Shown: positions 19,102 to 28,574, numbered from the stretch's first letter. The stretch: DNA of 64,000 nucleotides from an uncultured Verrucomicrobiae bacterium (GCA_963765205.1 CAVXVB010000004.1:160001-224000), one strand, 5' to 3'. The notes: generated by a model not told the origin, from the sequence alone. Program-made: numbers and translations.

Positions 19102-19722
19102 ATGTCCCGTTCCGCCCGCGCCGCCTTCGTCGCCCGCCGCTTGGCCGCGCTCTACCCGCACCCGGCCATCCCACTCCTGCACCGCGACCCCTTCACCCTC
19201 CTCGTGGCCGTCATCCTCTCCGCCCAATGCACCGATGTGCGCGTCAACCAAGTCACGCCCAAGTTATTCGCACTGGCCGACACCCCGGCGAAAATGGCCG
19301 CGCTGACCGTCGCGCAGATTGACGCGATAGTGCGCCCCTGCGGCCTCTCGCCGATGAAGGCGAAAAACCTGCGTGAAATGTCGCGCCTGCTCCTCGAACG
19401 CCACGGCGGCGAAGTTCCGCGGACGTTCGAGGAACTGGAGGCCCTCCCCGGCGTCGGCCACAAAACCGCCTCCGTGCTCATGGTCCAGGCCTTCGATCAC
19501 CCCGCGTTTCCGGTAGACACGCACATCCACCGCCTGGCAATGCGCTGGAAACTCTCGCGTGGCCCCGGCGTCGTCCAAGTCGAGCGCGACCTGAAAAAAT
19601 TATACCCGCCCGAAACCTGGCACGATCTCCACCTGCGCATCATCTATTACGGCCGCGAACATTGCACCGCCCGCGGCTGCGACGGCCACACCTGCGAAAT
19701 CTGCCGCGCGCTGAATGGGTGA
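19102..19722 (+). CDS. nth: Endonuclease III
   Basis: LVAVILSAQCTD, HhH LPGVGHKTA, FPVDTH, C-terminal Cys cluster. Confidence 0.95.
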   Translation: MSRSARAAFVARRLAALYPHPAIPLLHRDPFTLLVAVILSAQCTDVRVNQVTPKLFALADTPAKMAALTVAQIDAIVRPCGLSPMKAKNLREMSRLLLERHGGEVPRTFEELEALPGVGHKTASVLMVQAFDHPAFPVDTHIHRLAMRWKLSRGPGVVQVERDLKKLYPPETWHDLHLRIIYYGREHCTARGCDGHTCEICRALNG

Positions 19723-19769
19723 GGTCTTGCCGTCGTGGGAGCGTTTGTTATCACTGGCGGTCTACCCAC

Positions 19770-20495
19770 ATGGACAAGGCATTCATCCTCAGCGAGATTA
19801 AGCGCACGGCTGCCGAAAATGACGGCAAGGCTTTAGGCTTTCGGGGATTCGCTAAGGATACAGGCATCAAACCTTACAACTGGGGAACGTATTGGGATAA
19901 TTGGAGCGATGCTCTGCAAGAGGCGGGATTTGAACCAAACCTCTTTTTCCGCACCCATAGCTACGAAACATTGATCGAAAAGCTAATTGAATTGATCCGC
20001 GAACGCGGCCAATTCCCGTTGCAGCGTCAAATAGTCAGAAAGTCAAAGGCGGATTCATCATTTCCAGGCGAGCGATCCTTTCGAGAAAAACTCGGCAATA
20101 AAGTACAAATGGCCTCCCATGTGCTTGCCTATTGCCAAAATCGAACGGGATTTGACGATGTGATAAAGATATGTTCGCCGATTGTGTCTGAAGAAAAGCC
20201 CGAGGTTAAAAAAGAATGACAAGAGGCCGGGCAAGCCGGATATGTATATCTCTGGAAGTCCCACCGCCGGTATAAAATTGGCAATACTCTCGATCTTGAG
20301 CGCCGCAAAAGCGAACTTGCCGCGCAATCACCGTACGAATGGCAGCGCATCCATGAGATCAAGACTGACGATCCCTCGGGCGTCGAAGCCTATTGGCACC
20401 GGCGCTTCGCCTCCAAAATGACCGACCGCAACGAGTGGTTTGAATTAAGCAGTGAGGATGTGAAGGCATTTAAGCGTTGGCGGAATATTTATTAA
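19770..20495 (+). pseudogene. GIY-YIG (T5orf172/MUG113-like) nuclease with N-terminal helical repeats, interrupted by an in-frame TGA at 20217-20219
   Basis: MDKAFILSEIKRTA...KKE*QEAGQAGYVYLWKSHRRYKIG...TDDPSGVEAYWHRRF...EWFELS in one frame; AT-richer than flanks. Confidence 0.8.
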
Positions 20496-20574
20496 ACCAT
20501 ACATATGACGTTATGCCTATCTGGATTTCTTCCGTGGCGCGGTGCTTTAGCCCGCCTGCATCCCCCCCCCCACC

Positions 20575-21942
20575 ATGAAACGCGGCCTGGCCATTGTCTC
20601 CGTGGGGTATTTCCTCTCCCGCCTCGTCTTTCATTTCATCGGCATCCGGTTCGATGGTATGACGAACTTAAACTCCTACCTGCAATTCCTGGACCCGCCG
20701 CTGCTCAAGCACGACCTGCTTGCCAGCCTTTATTATTCGAGCTTTCCGCCTTTGTATAACCTCATCGTCGGGGTGATGCTGAAGCTTTTCGGCGATTCAC
20801 GCAGGGCCTTCGCGGTGCTGCATCTCTGCGTCGGCTGGGCCATTGGGCTGAGTTTGTTCGCGCTGCTGGCCGACCTCGGCATCGGCCGGCGCCTCGCGAC
20901 CGGCGCCACGCTGCTCTTTCTGATCATGCCGCCGGTGATTCTTTATGAGAATTGGCTGTTCTACACGTATTTCGAGACGCTCTTCTTCATCCTCGCCGTT
21001 TGGGGCTTCCATCGCTTCATCCGGCAGCCCCGCCTGGTTTGGGGGTTGTTGCTCTTTGCCAGCGCCACGGCCCTCGCGCTGCTCAACGCGCGGATGATGT
21101 TTTACTTCTTTCTCATCGCGCTGTTCCTGGGCTGGGCCTGGCGGCGCGGTCGCCGCGCGCCGGGCTTGGCTCGCACCGCCGCGCTTTCCGCCACGCCGTT
21201 TTTGCTCGTGGTTGCGGTGATGGCCAAGAACGCGTGGCTCTTTGGCACGTTTACGGTGGACCCGCATTTCGGCTTTCACATGGGCAACGGCTTCATTTAC
21301 GCCGCATGGCGCGACCCGGACATCCGCGCCCTCTGCCGCGAGGACTACCCGCTGCTCCTCATCCCGCCCACCAAGTTCCCCTCCGCCGAGAAAGTCGGCC
21401 TCGACCCGCTCCCGCCCACCGGCGTGCCCCTCTGGGACCAGCCCTTTCGCTCGACCGGCTACTCTAATTATAATAGCCGCTATTATTTGGAGGTCTCCCA
21501 GATGTATTCCCACGACCTCGCCGATTTCATCTCCCACCACCCGCTCTATTATGCGAGGTTTGTCCGCCGCGCCTTCGCCAACTACTGGGAACCGGCGAAC
21601 CAATACACCTTCTTTACCGAAAAAAACCGCGCCCCCCTCGGCGTTTATGATTATTTGTATGGCGCGGCGTATCCGCTGCTGCTGGTGCTCTATTTCGTCG
21701 GCGCGGTTTATGTGATTTATGCCGGCTGGACGCGCCGCTGGGCAGACGGGCCCGCGCTCACCCTCGGTTTCGCGCTGGTCACCATCGCGTATAACATGCT
21801 CGCCATCTTCGCCACCCTCAACGAAAACGACCGCTATAAATTCACCATCGAACCGCTGCTTTGGGTTATGGTCGTGTACTCCCTGCAACAAATTATAGAC
21901 TCACGAAAACGCCCCGCGCCTGCCGATGGTGACACTTTTTGA
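20575..21942 (+). CDS. Multi-pass membrane protein, probable GT-C fold glycosyltransferase
   Basis: Many TM helices; PPLY, ENWLFYTY.E and ENDRY motifs. Confidence 0.6.
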   Translation: MKRGLAIVSVGYFLSRLVFHFIGIRFDGMTNLNSYLQFLDPPLLKHDLLASLYYSSFPPLYNLIVGVMLKLFGDSRRAFAVLHLCVGWAIGLSLFALLADLGIGRRLATGATLLFLIMPPVILYENWLFYTYFETLFFILAVWGFHRFIRQPRLVWGLLLFASATALALLNARMMFYFFLIALFLGWAWRRGRRAPGLARTAALSATPFLLVVAVMAKNAWLFGTFTVDPHFGFHMGNGFIYAAWRDPDIRALCREDYPLLLIPPTKFPSAEKVGLDPLPPTGVPLWDQPFRSTGYSNYNSRYYLEVSQMYSHDLADFISHHPLYYARFVRRAFANYWEPANQYTFFTEKNRAPLGVYDYLYGAAYPLLLVLYFVGAVYVIYAGWTRRWADGPALTLGFALVTIAYNMLAIFATLNENDRYKFTIEPLLWVMVVYSLQQIIDSRKRPAPADGDTF

Positions 21943-21956
21943 AACTTGGCATCGCG

Positions 21957-22019
21957 GGTAGGGACGGCTCTCCGAGCCATCCACGGATCCCGCTAAAGCG
22001 GGAGAGAGGCGTCCCTACC
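21957..22019. repeat. GTAG-type REP-like palindromic element
   Basis: GGTAGGGACGGCTCTC ... GAGAGGCGTCCCTACC (15/16 complementary). Confidence 0.75.
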
Positions 22020-22095
22020 GAAGGATCGCATTGCCGGATGCAGATTTTTGTGGGATTTTACCGTCGGCGCGCGGTTACCTTGGGAAAGCGCCCCT

Positions 22096-24339
22096 ATGAC
22101 CCCCGACTCCGAATTGTTGCGCCGGTACGCCAGCGATGGTGACGAGGCCGCCTTTGCGGAGCTGGTCGGCCGCCATGTGGACCTGGTGTATGCGGCGGCC
22201 TTGCGCCTCGCCTACGGCAACGCGACGCTGGCCGAGGACGCGACACAAACTGTCTTCACCGATCTGGCGCGGAAAGCCGGCGCGCTGCGCGGCCACCCGA
22301 CCCTCACTGGCTGGCTGCACACGAGCGCCCGCTACGCCGCCCTGACGGCCCTGCGCAGCGAACAAGCCCGGCGCGCCCACGAACAGGAAGCCTGCGCCAT
22401 GCACGACCAACCCACTGTCCCGGCGGAAATTTCCTGGGCGCAACTGCGCCCGGTGCTCGACGAAGCCCTCGGCCGCCTCTGCGAGCGCGACCGCGACGCC
22501 GTGCTCCTGCGTTTCTTTCAGAACAAAAGCTACCGCGAAGTCGGTAGCATCCTCGGCGTGAGTGAAGACGCCGCGCAAATGCGCGTCGAGCGCGCGCTCG
22601 ATAAATTGCGCGGGCAATTTTCGCGCCGCGGCGTCGCCACCACCGCCGCGTTGCTGGCCTCGGCCCTTGGTGCGTATGGCGCAACCCCGCCTGCCCCCGC
22701 GGGTTTGGCCGCCGCCGTCGCCGGAAAGACTTTGGCGGCCGCGCCGGGTCTAGGCGCAGTTGGCTCGCATTCCCTGTTCGCGAAGCAATTTTTGTCCGCC
22801 TGGGTGGGTGCGGGCACCTTGGCCATCGTCGCCTTGATTTTAATTTTCCACCAACCCACCCCACCCCCGGCGAAAATTACCGCGCCGGTTACGCAAAATT
22901 CCCCGTCCCCACCCACGCCCATGAATGTCTCCCCAATCCTTAATCGCGGCGTGGTCGCTGCCGCCATCATCGCCGCCACGTCTGCCGCCTCCGGCCAAAA
23001 TACGAGTCCCGCTGCGCCGTCACCAGCGCCACCACCGATTTACGTCCCATCACCGACCCCGCCCGAGGCCGTCGTCCTGACCATCACTCCCACCCAGTCC
23101 GCACCCGCTGCCGAACTGCCTCCCGCGCCCGACCCCAATTCCTACTCTGCGCTGGTAACGGCGAACAACCGCTTTGCGCTCGACCTCTTCCGCCAATTCA
23201 ACCCCAAGCCCAATGAGAATGTTTTTTTCTCGCCCTACAGCATTTCAACCGCCCTCGCCATGACTTGGGCAGGAGCAAATGGTGACACGGAGGCCCAGAT
23301 AGCTAAGGTTCTGCATTTTTCGGAAATGTCGGATAACACGGTGCTGGCAAACTACTCTGCGTTGCAGCGCGCCACGACTCGGGCGCAAGCTCTGAGCGGC
23401 GCGCAACTGGCCATCGCCAATTCGCTCTGGGCCGAGCAGAACCCCGAACATCCCCTACTGCCGCATTACCTGAATCTAGTGCAGGCCTATTTTACTTCCG
23501 AGGTCATGCCAGTGGATTTCATCAAGCAGGGCCCCGTTGCAGCCCAGCAGATCAACGCCTGGGTCGCGGACAAAACCAACGGCAAAATAAAGGACCTCGT
23601 GCAGCCCGATGACGTGAACACTCTCACGCGACTCATCCTGGAAAACGTCATTTATTTCAAGGGTGCGTGGACGAGCCCGTTTTCACAGCAAGCCGACACC
23701 AACACGGAATTTCACGAAGTGGACGGCAGCGCCATCCCCGTCGTGCTAATGAATCAACAGGTATTCACCAAGTATGCGGATATCACCGACGCTCCCGTGC
23801 CCTGCCAGATTCTTTCGTTGTCCTACTCGAACAATCCGCAAGGCACCGCGCAAGGCCTGTCGTTTGTCGCCATCTTGCCCCACGCTGGCGATGATTTGAA
23901 CCCACTGGTCAAGGCACTGACCGCCGAGCAACTTGCCGGCTGGTTGAGAAAGCTCACGGAAATCGAGGTGAACGTTTATCTGCCCAAGTTCAAACTCGAA
24001 GAACAATACCAACTGGCCGATGCCCTGTCGGCCATGGGCATTAAAAACGCCTTTGACCGAGGACGGGCCGACTTCTCGAGCATAAACGGCGTCCGCGCTG
24101 ACGACCTTGATAGCCTATACATTTCCAAAGTCATCCACGAAGCAATCGTGGAAGTGGACGAACGGGGCACCGTGGCGGTCGCCTCGTCCAGCGTATCGTA
24201 TGCGGTGACCGGAATGGTTGTGTCGCAGCCGCCGGTCTTCCGCGCGGACCATCCATTTCTATTTTTGATCCGCGACGACGTGTCCGGCAGCATCCTCTTC
24301 CTCGGCCAACTGGCCAGCCCGGCGCCGTTGCAGCCTTGA
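22096..24339 (+). CDS. ECF sigma-70 factor fused via a TM segment and Pro-rich linker to a serpin domain
   Basis: DSELLRRY...AFAELVGRH, AEDATQTVF, LRFFQNKSYREVG (sigma2/4); NRFALDLF, NVFFSPYSI, INAWVADKTNGKI, IYFKGAW, LPKFKL, VDERGT, FRADHPFLFLI (serpin). Confidence 0.9.
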   Translation: MTPDSELLRRYASDGDEAAFAELVGRHVDLVYAAALRLAYGNATLAEDATQTVFTDLARKAGALRGHPTLTGWLHTSARYAALTALRSEQARRAHEQEACAMHDQPTVPAEISWAQLRPVLDEALGRLCERDRDAVLLRFFQNKSYREVGSILGVSEDAAQMRVERALDKLRGQFSRRGVATTAALLASALGAYGATPPAPAGLAAAVAGKTLAAAPGLGAVGSHSLFAKQFLSAWVGAGTLAIVALILIFHQPTPPPAKITAPVTQNSPSPPTPMNVSPILNRGVVAAAIIAATSAASGQNTSPAAPSPAPPPIYVPSPTPPEAVVLTITPTQSAPAAELPPAPDPNSYSALVTANNRFALDLFRQFNPKPNENVFFSPYSISTALAMTWAGANGDTEAQIAKVLHFSEMSDNTVLANYSALQRATTRAQALSGAQLAIANSLWAEQNPEHPLLPHYLNLVQAYFTSEVMPVDFIKQGPVAAQQINAWVADKTNGKIKDLVQPDDVNTLTRLILENVIYFKGAWTSPFSQQADTNTEFHEVDGSAIPVVLMNQQVFTKYADITDAPVPCQILSLSYSNNPQGTAQGLSFVAILPHAGDDLNPLVKALTAEQLAGWLRKLTEIEVNVYLPKFKLEEQYQLADALSAMGIKNAFDRGRADFSSINGVRADDLDSLYISKVIHEAIVEVDERGTVAVASSSVSYAVTGMVVSQPPVFRADHPFLFLIRDDVSGSILFLGQLASPAPLQP

Positions 24340-24369
24340 CGCCGGTGATTGAGTTGCTATTTTCGCAAC
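24336..24369 (+). promoter_or_regulatory. higB promoter (TTGACG-N16-TATTTT) overlapped by palindrome GTTGC-N7-GCAAC
   Basis: -35 at 24336, TGn-extended -10 at 24358, inverted repeat 24353-24369. Confidence 0.55.
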
Positions 24370-24371
24370 AC

Positions 24372-24680
24372 ATGAAAATTCTGGGCCGAACCAAGTTGGC
24401 CGAATTCTCCGCCCAATACCCCACGGCGGAAAGCTGGCTGGCCAAGTTCGAAAAGACGGCCCAAGCGGCCACTTGGCGGAATTTTGCCGACTTGCGCCGG
24501 CAGTCCTTCAATCATGCGGACCAGGTTCAGGCCAAGAGCGGAAGAACGCTGCACATCCTGGACAAGGGAAATACCCACCGCCTCATCGTTGCCATCAACT
24601 ACCAAGCCGGCGTCGTGACGATTTTGGAGTTTTTGACCCATGCCGATTACGAAAGACAGAAATGGCTCGACCGTCATTAA
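24372..24680 (+). CDS. higB: HigB-family toxin (RelE superfamily)
   Basis: MKILGRTKLAEF...WRNFADLR..F..AD.V...GNTHRLIVAINY...FLTHADY. Confidence 0.85.
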   Translation: MKILGRTKLAEFSAQYPTAESWLAKFEKTAQAATWRNFADLRRQSFNHADQVQAKSGRTLHILDKGNTHRLIVAINYQAGVVTILEFLTHADYERQKWLDRH

Positions 24681-24686
24681 TAAAAC

Positions 24687-24705
24687 AATTGCGAATAACG
24701 CAATT
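24687..24705. promoter_or_regulatory. Palindrome AATTGCG-N5-CGCAATT (second TTGC-N7-GCAA site), putative HigA operator
   Basis: Perfect inverted repeat between higB and higA sharing its core with the upstream site. Confidence 0.5.
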
Positions 24706-24747
24706 TTTCCGTTGCTTTTTTCCTCAACCTACTTTACCGTTTAAGCC

Positions 24748-25182
24748 GTGAAATCCGCCCCGTCCCTGGCCCGCCTGCCGATTTCGAGCATCCCCACCGC
24801 CTACGAGGAGCTGGTGCGGTTTTATCCGCCGCGGCCCCTGCATGACAAAACGGACCTGGCCGGCGCGATGGAAATTGCCGAATGGCTGACCGGCGCCGAG
24901 TTGAATGAAGACCAGTCGGATTACTTGAACGCCGTCGGAACTTTTATCGAACAATACGAAGGCGAGCAGGTGCCGCCGATTCACATCACCGGCCTGCAGG
25001 CGCTGGAGTTTTTGCTCGAAAACAACGACCTGAGCCGGAAGGACCTGGCCGCGCTGCTCAAGGTTCATCCTTCCGTGATCACCCGGATTTTCGCCGGCAA
25101 GCGCCAATGGAAACCGGTGGAACTGAAAGTCCTCAGCGAGCGCTTTGGCGTTTCCGCCGATCTTTTCCTGCCAACGGCCTAA
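24748..25182 (+). CDS. higA: HigA-family antitoxin (HTH_XRE)
   Basis: PRPLHD...YL...IEQYE...LEFLLENNDLSRKDLA...GKR...LSERFGVSADLF. Confidence 0.85.
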   Translation: MKSAPSLARLPISSIPTAYEELVRFYPPRPLHDKTDLAGAMEIAEWLTGAELNEDQSDYLNAVGTFIEQYEGEQVPPIHITGLQALEFLLENNDLSRKDLAALLKVHPSVITRIFAGKRQWKPVELKVLSERFGVSADLFLPTA

Positions 25183-25206
25183 AGGATTTTTCGCAGCCTG
25201 TTCCTC

Positions 25207-26085
25207 TTATTGCTGCTGGGCCTGCTGTTCCTTCTGCGTCTGCTCGCGCTGGGCCAGGCGGGCGAGGGCCGCGCGGGCGGCCTGCTCTTCCGCCTCTTTT
25301 TTCGAGCGGCCGGCGCCTTCGCCGTGGACTTCGTCCTGCACGGTCAGCTCGACGTGGAAAACTTTCGCGTGGTCGGGGCCGGTCGTTTCCCGCAGCCGGT
25401 AATGCAGCGCCGCGCCGAGGCCGCGCTGCGCCAGCCACTCCTGCAGGCGGCCCTTCGGATTGTCGCCACTGAGCAATTCGGCGCGCAAGTCATCCAGGTC
25501 GCCAAACCAGCGCAGCACGGCGGCGCGCGCGCCCGCGTAATCGCTGTCCAGATACACCGCGCCCACCAGCGCCTCGAACGCGTCCTCCTGCGACGACGAC
25601 CACTCGCGCCCGCCCGCCGCCACGTCCCCGCGCGCCAAGCGCAAACACGCAGGCAGCCCGAGCTTGCGCGCGAGGGCCGCGAGCAACTCGCCCTTGCCCA
25701 GCGCCGAGCGCGCGCGCGCCAGTTCGCCCTCGCGCTCGCCGGGCAAATCCTGGAACAACCGTTCGGCCAAAATCAAACCCAGCACGGCGTCGCCCAAAAA
25801 TTCGAGGCGCTGGTTGTTCGGCATCCGATGCCGTTCCTGCTGCGCGTAGGACGGGTGCGTCAGCGCCTCCTCGAGCAGGGCGCGGTTGCGAAAGCGGTAG
25901 CCGATGCGCTCCTGCAAGGCCTCGAGCGAGGGGTCGCGCGGTTCCGCGCCGCTAAAGCGCCGCGCCATGAAGCGCCGCAGCCGCGCCAGCAGCGTGTCCA
26001 TTGGGCGCTCGACCGTCGGGTGCTCCACTGCCGCGCGCGTCGTCGTTGGCTGTTTGGCCCGGCTCCTGGATTTTTTGGCCGACAT
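25207..26085 (-). CDS. rnc: Ribonuclease III
   Basis: ALTHPS, NQRLEFLGDAVLG, EDAFEALVGAVYLD, dsRBD GRSKKEAEEQAA. Confidence 0.95.
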   Translation of the reverse strand: MSAKKSRSRAKQPTTTRAAVEHPTVERPMDTLLARLRRFMARRFSGAEPRDPSLEALQERIGYRFRNRALLEEALTHPSYAQQERHRMPNNQRLEFLGDAVLGLILAERLFQDLPGEREGELARARSALGKGELLAALARKLGLPACLRLARGDVAAGGREWSSSQEDAFEALVGAVYLDSDYAGARAAVLRWFGDLDDLRAELLSGDNPKGRLQEWLAQRGLGAALHYRLRETTGPDHAKVFHVELTVQDEVHGEGAGRSKKEAEEQAARAALARLAQREQTQKEQQAQQQ

Positions 26086-26113
26086 GAGAATAAACCTAAA
26101 AACCGCGGTTGAA

Positions 26114-26245
26114 ACCACGGATGGCACGGATAGCACAGATACGCATGAGGAAGAAGAATTTTGGCGCTCACCCGCTGGGTGAATAGATTTTTACCGCAAT
26201 CGTCGTTCAAGTTCTTGCATCCGTGTTATCCGTGCGATCCGTGGT
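26114..26245. repeat. Inverted 9-mer array element between parA and rnc
   Basis: ACCACGGATGGCACGGATAGCACAGAT ... ATCCGTGTTATCCGTGCGATCCGTGGT. Confidence 0.85.
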
Positions 26246-26283
26246 CAAATGGATATGCGGAAAAGGGTATAAAGATGGCCGCG

Positions 26284-27075
26284 CTACGCCGTTTTCTCCG
26301 GCAGCAAAAACCGCTTGCACACTTCCGCCGCGAGCTTGCCGTAAGCCTGCGAGCCGGAGCAGAGCGCGTCGTATTCGAAAATGGACTGGCCGAAGCTCGG
26401 CGCCTCGCTCAGGCGCACCGAGCGCGGGATGATCGTGTCGAACACAAAGGTCGGGAAATGCCCGCGCACCTCCTCCGCCACCTGCCGCGAAAGATTCGTG
26501 CGCACGTCATACATCGTGAGCAAAATGCCGCCGACGTTCAGCCCCTCGTTCACGCCCGCCTGCTTGAGCTGCTCGACCACGTTCAGAATCTGGCTCAGCC
26601 CCTCCATGGCCAGGTATTCGCACTGGAGCGCGATGAGCAGATAATTCGCCGCCGCGAGGCTGTTCATCGAAATTAGGCCCAGCGCGGGCGGGCAGTCGAG
26701 GATGACCGCGCCAAACCGTTCGCCGGCCACCAACGGCTTGAGCACCTCGCGCAATTGCACGAGATAATCGTCCTTCTGGCCCAGCTCGATCTCGATGGCC
26801 GCCATGTCCACCTCGGACGGAATCAGAAAGAGATTTTCCTGGCGCGTGGCCAAAACCTTTTCCTCCGCCCCACCCTCGCCGTGCAACGGTCCGTAAAGGC
26901 TCCGTCCGGCTTCCTTTTCAAAACCCAGGCCGCTGGTCGCATTGGCCTGCGGGTCGAGGTCCACGAGCAGCGTCGGCACGCCGCGGCGCGCCAGGCCGAA
27001 GGCCAGGTTGATGGCTGTGGTGGTCTTGCCCACGCCGCCTTTTTGGTTCGCAATGCTAAATACAGTCGCCGGCAT
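26284..27075 (-). CDS. parA: ParA/Soj family ATPase
   Basis: ANQKGGVGKTTT, DLDPQANAT, DCPP, IPRSVRLSEAPSFG. Confidence 0.93.
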   Translation of the reverse strand: MPATVFSIANQKGGVGKTTTAINLAFGLARRGVPTLLVDLDPQANATSGLGFEKEAGRSLYGPLHGEGGAEEKVLATRQENLFLIPSEVDMAAIEIELGQKDDYLVQLREVLKPLVAGERFGAVILDCPPALGLISMNSLAAANYLLIALQCEYLAMEGLSQILNVVEQLKQAGVNEGLNVGGILLTMYDVRTNLSRQVAEEVRGHFPTFVFDTIIPRSVRLSEAPSFGQSIFEYDALCSGSQAYGKLAAEVCKRFLLPEKTA

Positions 27076-27159
27076 ATCCCTGTGGATACTGCCCGGCGAC
27101 GGGCGGGAGTCGAGACTGGTTTTGCACCGCCAAAGCCCGCCGGCCTTGATCTATCGCCG

Positions 27160-28215
27160 CTACGGCGACGGCGTTGCGTCTCCATTCACCGGCGGCGGGC
27201 TGAGGAGCCTTTGCGCCAGGGCGATTTTTTTGTCGTCGTTGCTTTTCATCACGTAGGCCAGGAGCTTCGCTTTGATCGCTGCGGAAATATTTGGCAAATA
27301 GGCATACTTATATCCGGTTAGCCATCGCGCCGCACCTTCCATCTGCGCATCGGTCAGCGGACCCTGCAATGCCGCCGCCACATCCTCGGCGGAATAATCC
27401 AGCAGCAAATTTACCGCCTGCACTTCATAACCGCCAAACGCGTTCCACGCGCCCCCGCCCGCCCCATAATACCCCAGCAGCGCCCGTATTCTCGACGACG
27501 TATCGGGAATCTCGGCGGCCAATGCGGCGCGCGCTGCGGGCACTCCCGGCCAGTTATAGTTATTCTTCACCCACAGGTCGCCGAGCGACTTCGGCATTTG
27601 CGCCTCAAACTTCGCTTTGATGTCCGAGGCCTGTTTATCCTGGGCCTCAATTTGCGCCTCACTCGGTCCCGATATCGGCACTTTCGCCGCGCTCAACAAA
27701 TCATTCAACACCTTCGGCGCGCCCACTGCGTTCATCGCGGCGATCTGCTGGTCATCTTCATAGATGTTGAGCCGGGAGCATTCATAGCAGAGCACAAAAT
27801 CATAGGTGTGCCCGTTCACCGCCACCCGCAGCCCGTGCCGCGGATTAAAACACAGGGCGACGCCCTCCATTTTTTCGCCTGCGACCGCCGCCGCTTGAAA
27901 CGCCCCCACCACGGCGGGCAATTGCTTCGCGTCGAGATCCACCTTTCCGAGGATCTGAAAATTGTGGAAGGCATCCGCCGCGGTGATCGGTCCATCGCTT
28001 TGCGACCTAAACATGGCTGGATTCAGCGAATACAGTGTGCCCGTGGTCGCCGCGGCCAACACCGCGGTAACACTTGCCGGAAACGGGCTGGGTGCTGCGG
28101 TCGCGGGGCTCGCTCCGGTCGCAGCCGCGGGCGGCGCAGTAACATCCGCCGCCCCCACGGGCAGCGCGAGCAAAAGGGAAATCACCCAAACATTCAGGAG
28201 GGGCATCGTTTTCAT
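27160..28215 (-). CDS. Hypothetical secreted protein
   Basis: Signal peptide; CFNPRHG...FVLCYEC motif; helical C-terminal part. Confidence 0.7.
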   Translation of the reverse strand: MKTMPLLNVWVISLLLALPVGAADVTAPPAAATGASPATAAPSPFPASVTAVLAAATTGTLYSLNPAMFRSQSDGPITAADAFHNFQILGKVDLDAKQLPAVVGAFQAAAVAGEKMEGVALCFNPRHGLRVAVNGHTYDFVLCYECSRLNIYEDDQQIAAMNAVGAPKVLNDLLSAAKVPISGPSEAQIEAQDKQASDIKAKFEAQMPKSLGDLWVKNNYNWPGVPAARAALAAEIPDTSSRIRALLGYYGAGGGAWNAFGGYEVQAVNLLLDYSAEDVAAALQGPLTDAQMEGAARWLTGYKYAYLPNISAAIKAKLLAYVMKSNDDKKIALAQRLLSPPPVNGDATPSP

Positions 28216-28280
28216 GGGGGGTAATAAGGAGGCCAACTGGCGCCTTTACGGTAATGATGACGCACAACCCATGCGTTTAT

Positions 28281-28425
28281 TAGAACCTATCTCAAATTCG
28301 ACGAACAAGCAAAAATCTACCCATTTTCTACCAACCTCGGATAACGCGCTAGAGGGAAGCCGCTTTCCAGGATCCATAAAAATGGGTCAAATTTCTGCAT
28401 ATAATCGAATTTGAGATAGGTTCTA
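28281..28425. mobile_element. MITE, 145 bp, with perfect 21-bp terminal inverted repeats
   Basis: TAGAACCTATCTCAAATTCGA ... TCGAATTTGAGATAGGTTCTA; TA at both ends; AT-rich non-coding interior. Confidence 0.8.
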
Positions 28426-28524
28426 GCTATTTGTTTAACCCTGTTTTCCGCTCGTCGTTTCATCCTTCGTCCTCATCTTTGCTAAATCCTCTCGTCCCAC
28501 CCTCTCTCTACTCCCCTCCACACC

Positions 28525-28567
28525 TTTACTTCTGACTTCATAATTCATCATTCATCATTCATCATTC
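28525..28567. repeat. Heptamer array (TTCATCA), single arm before nadC
   Basis: TTCTGAC TTCATAA TTCATCA TTCATCA TTCATCA TTC. Confidence 0.75.
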
Positions 28568-28574
28568 GCCCCCA

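Noticed and set aside
20217..20219. Selenocysteine or alternative genetic code
   Set aside because: The position is a linker rather than a Cys site, no SECIS-like hairpin is evident, and TGA/TAG terminate core genes normally.
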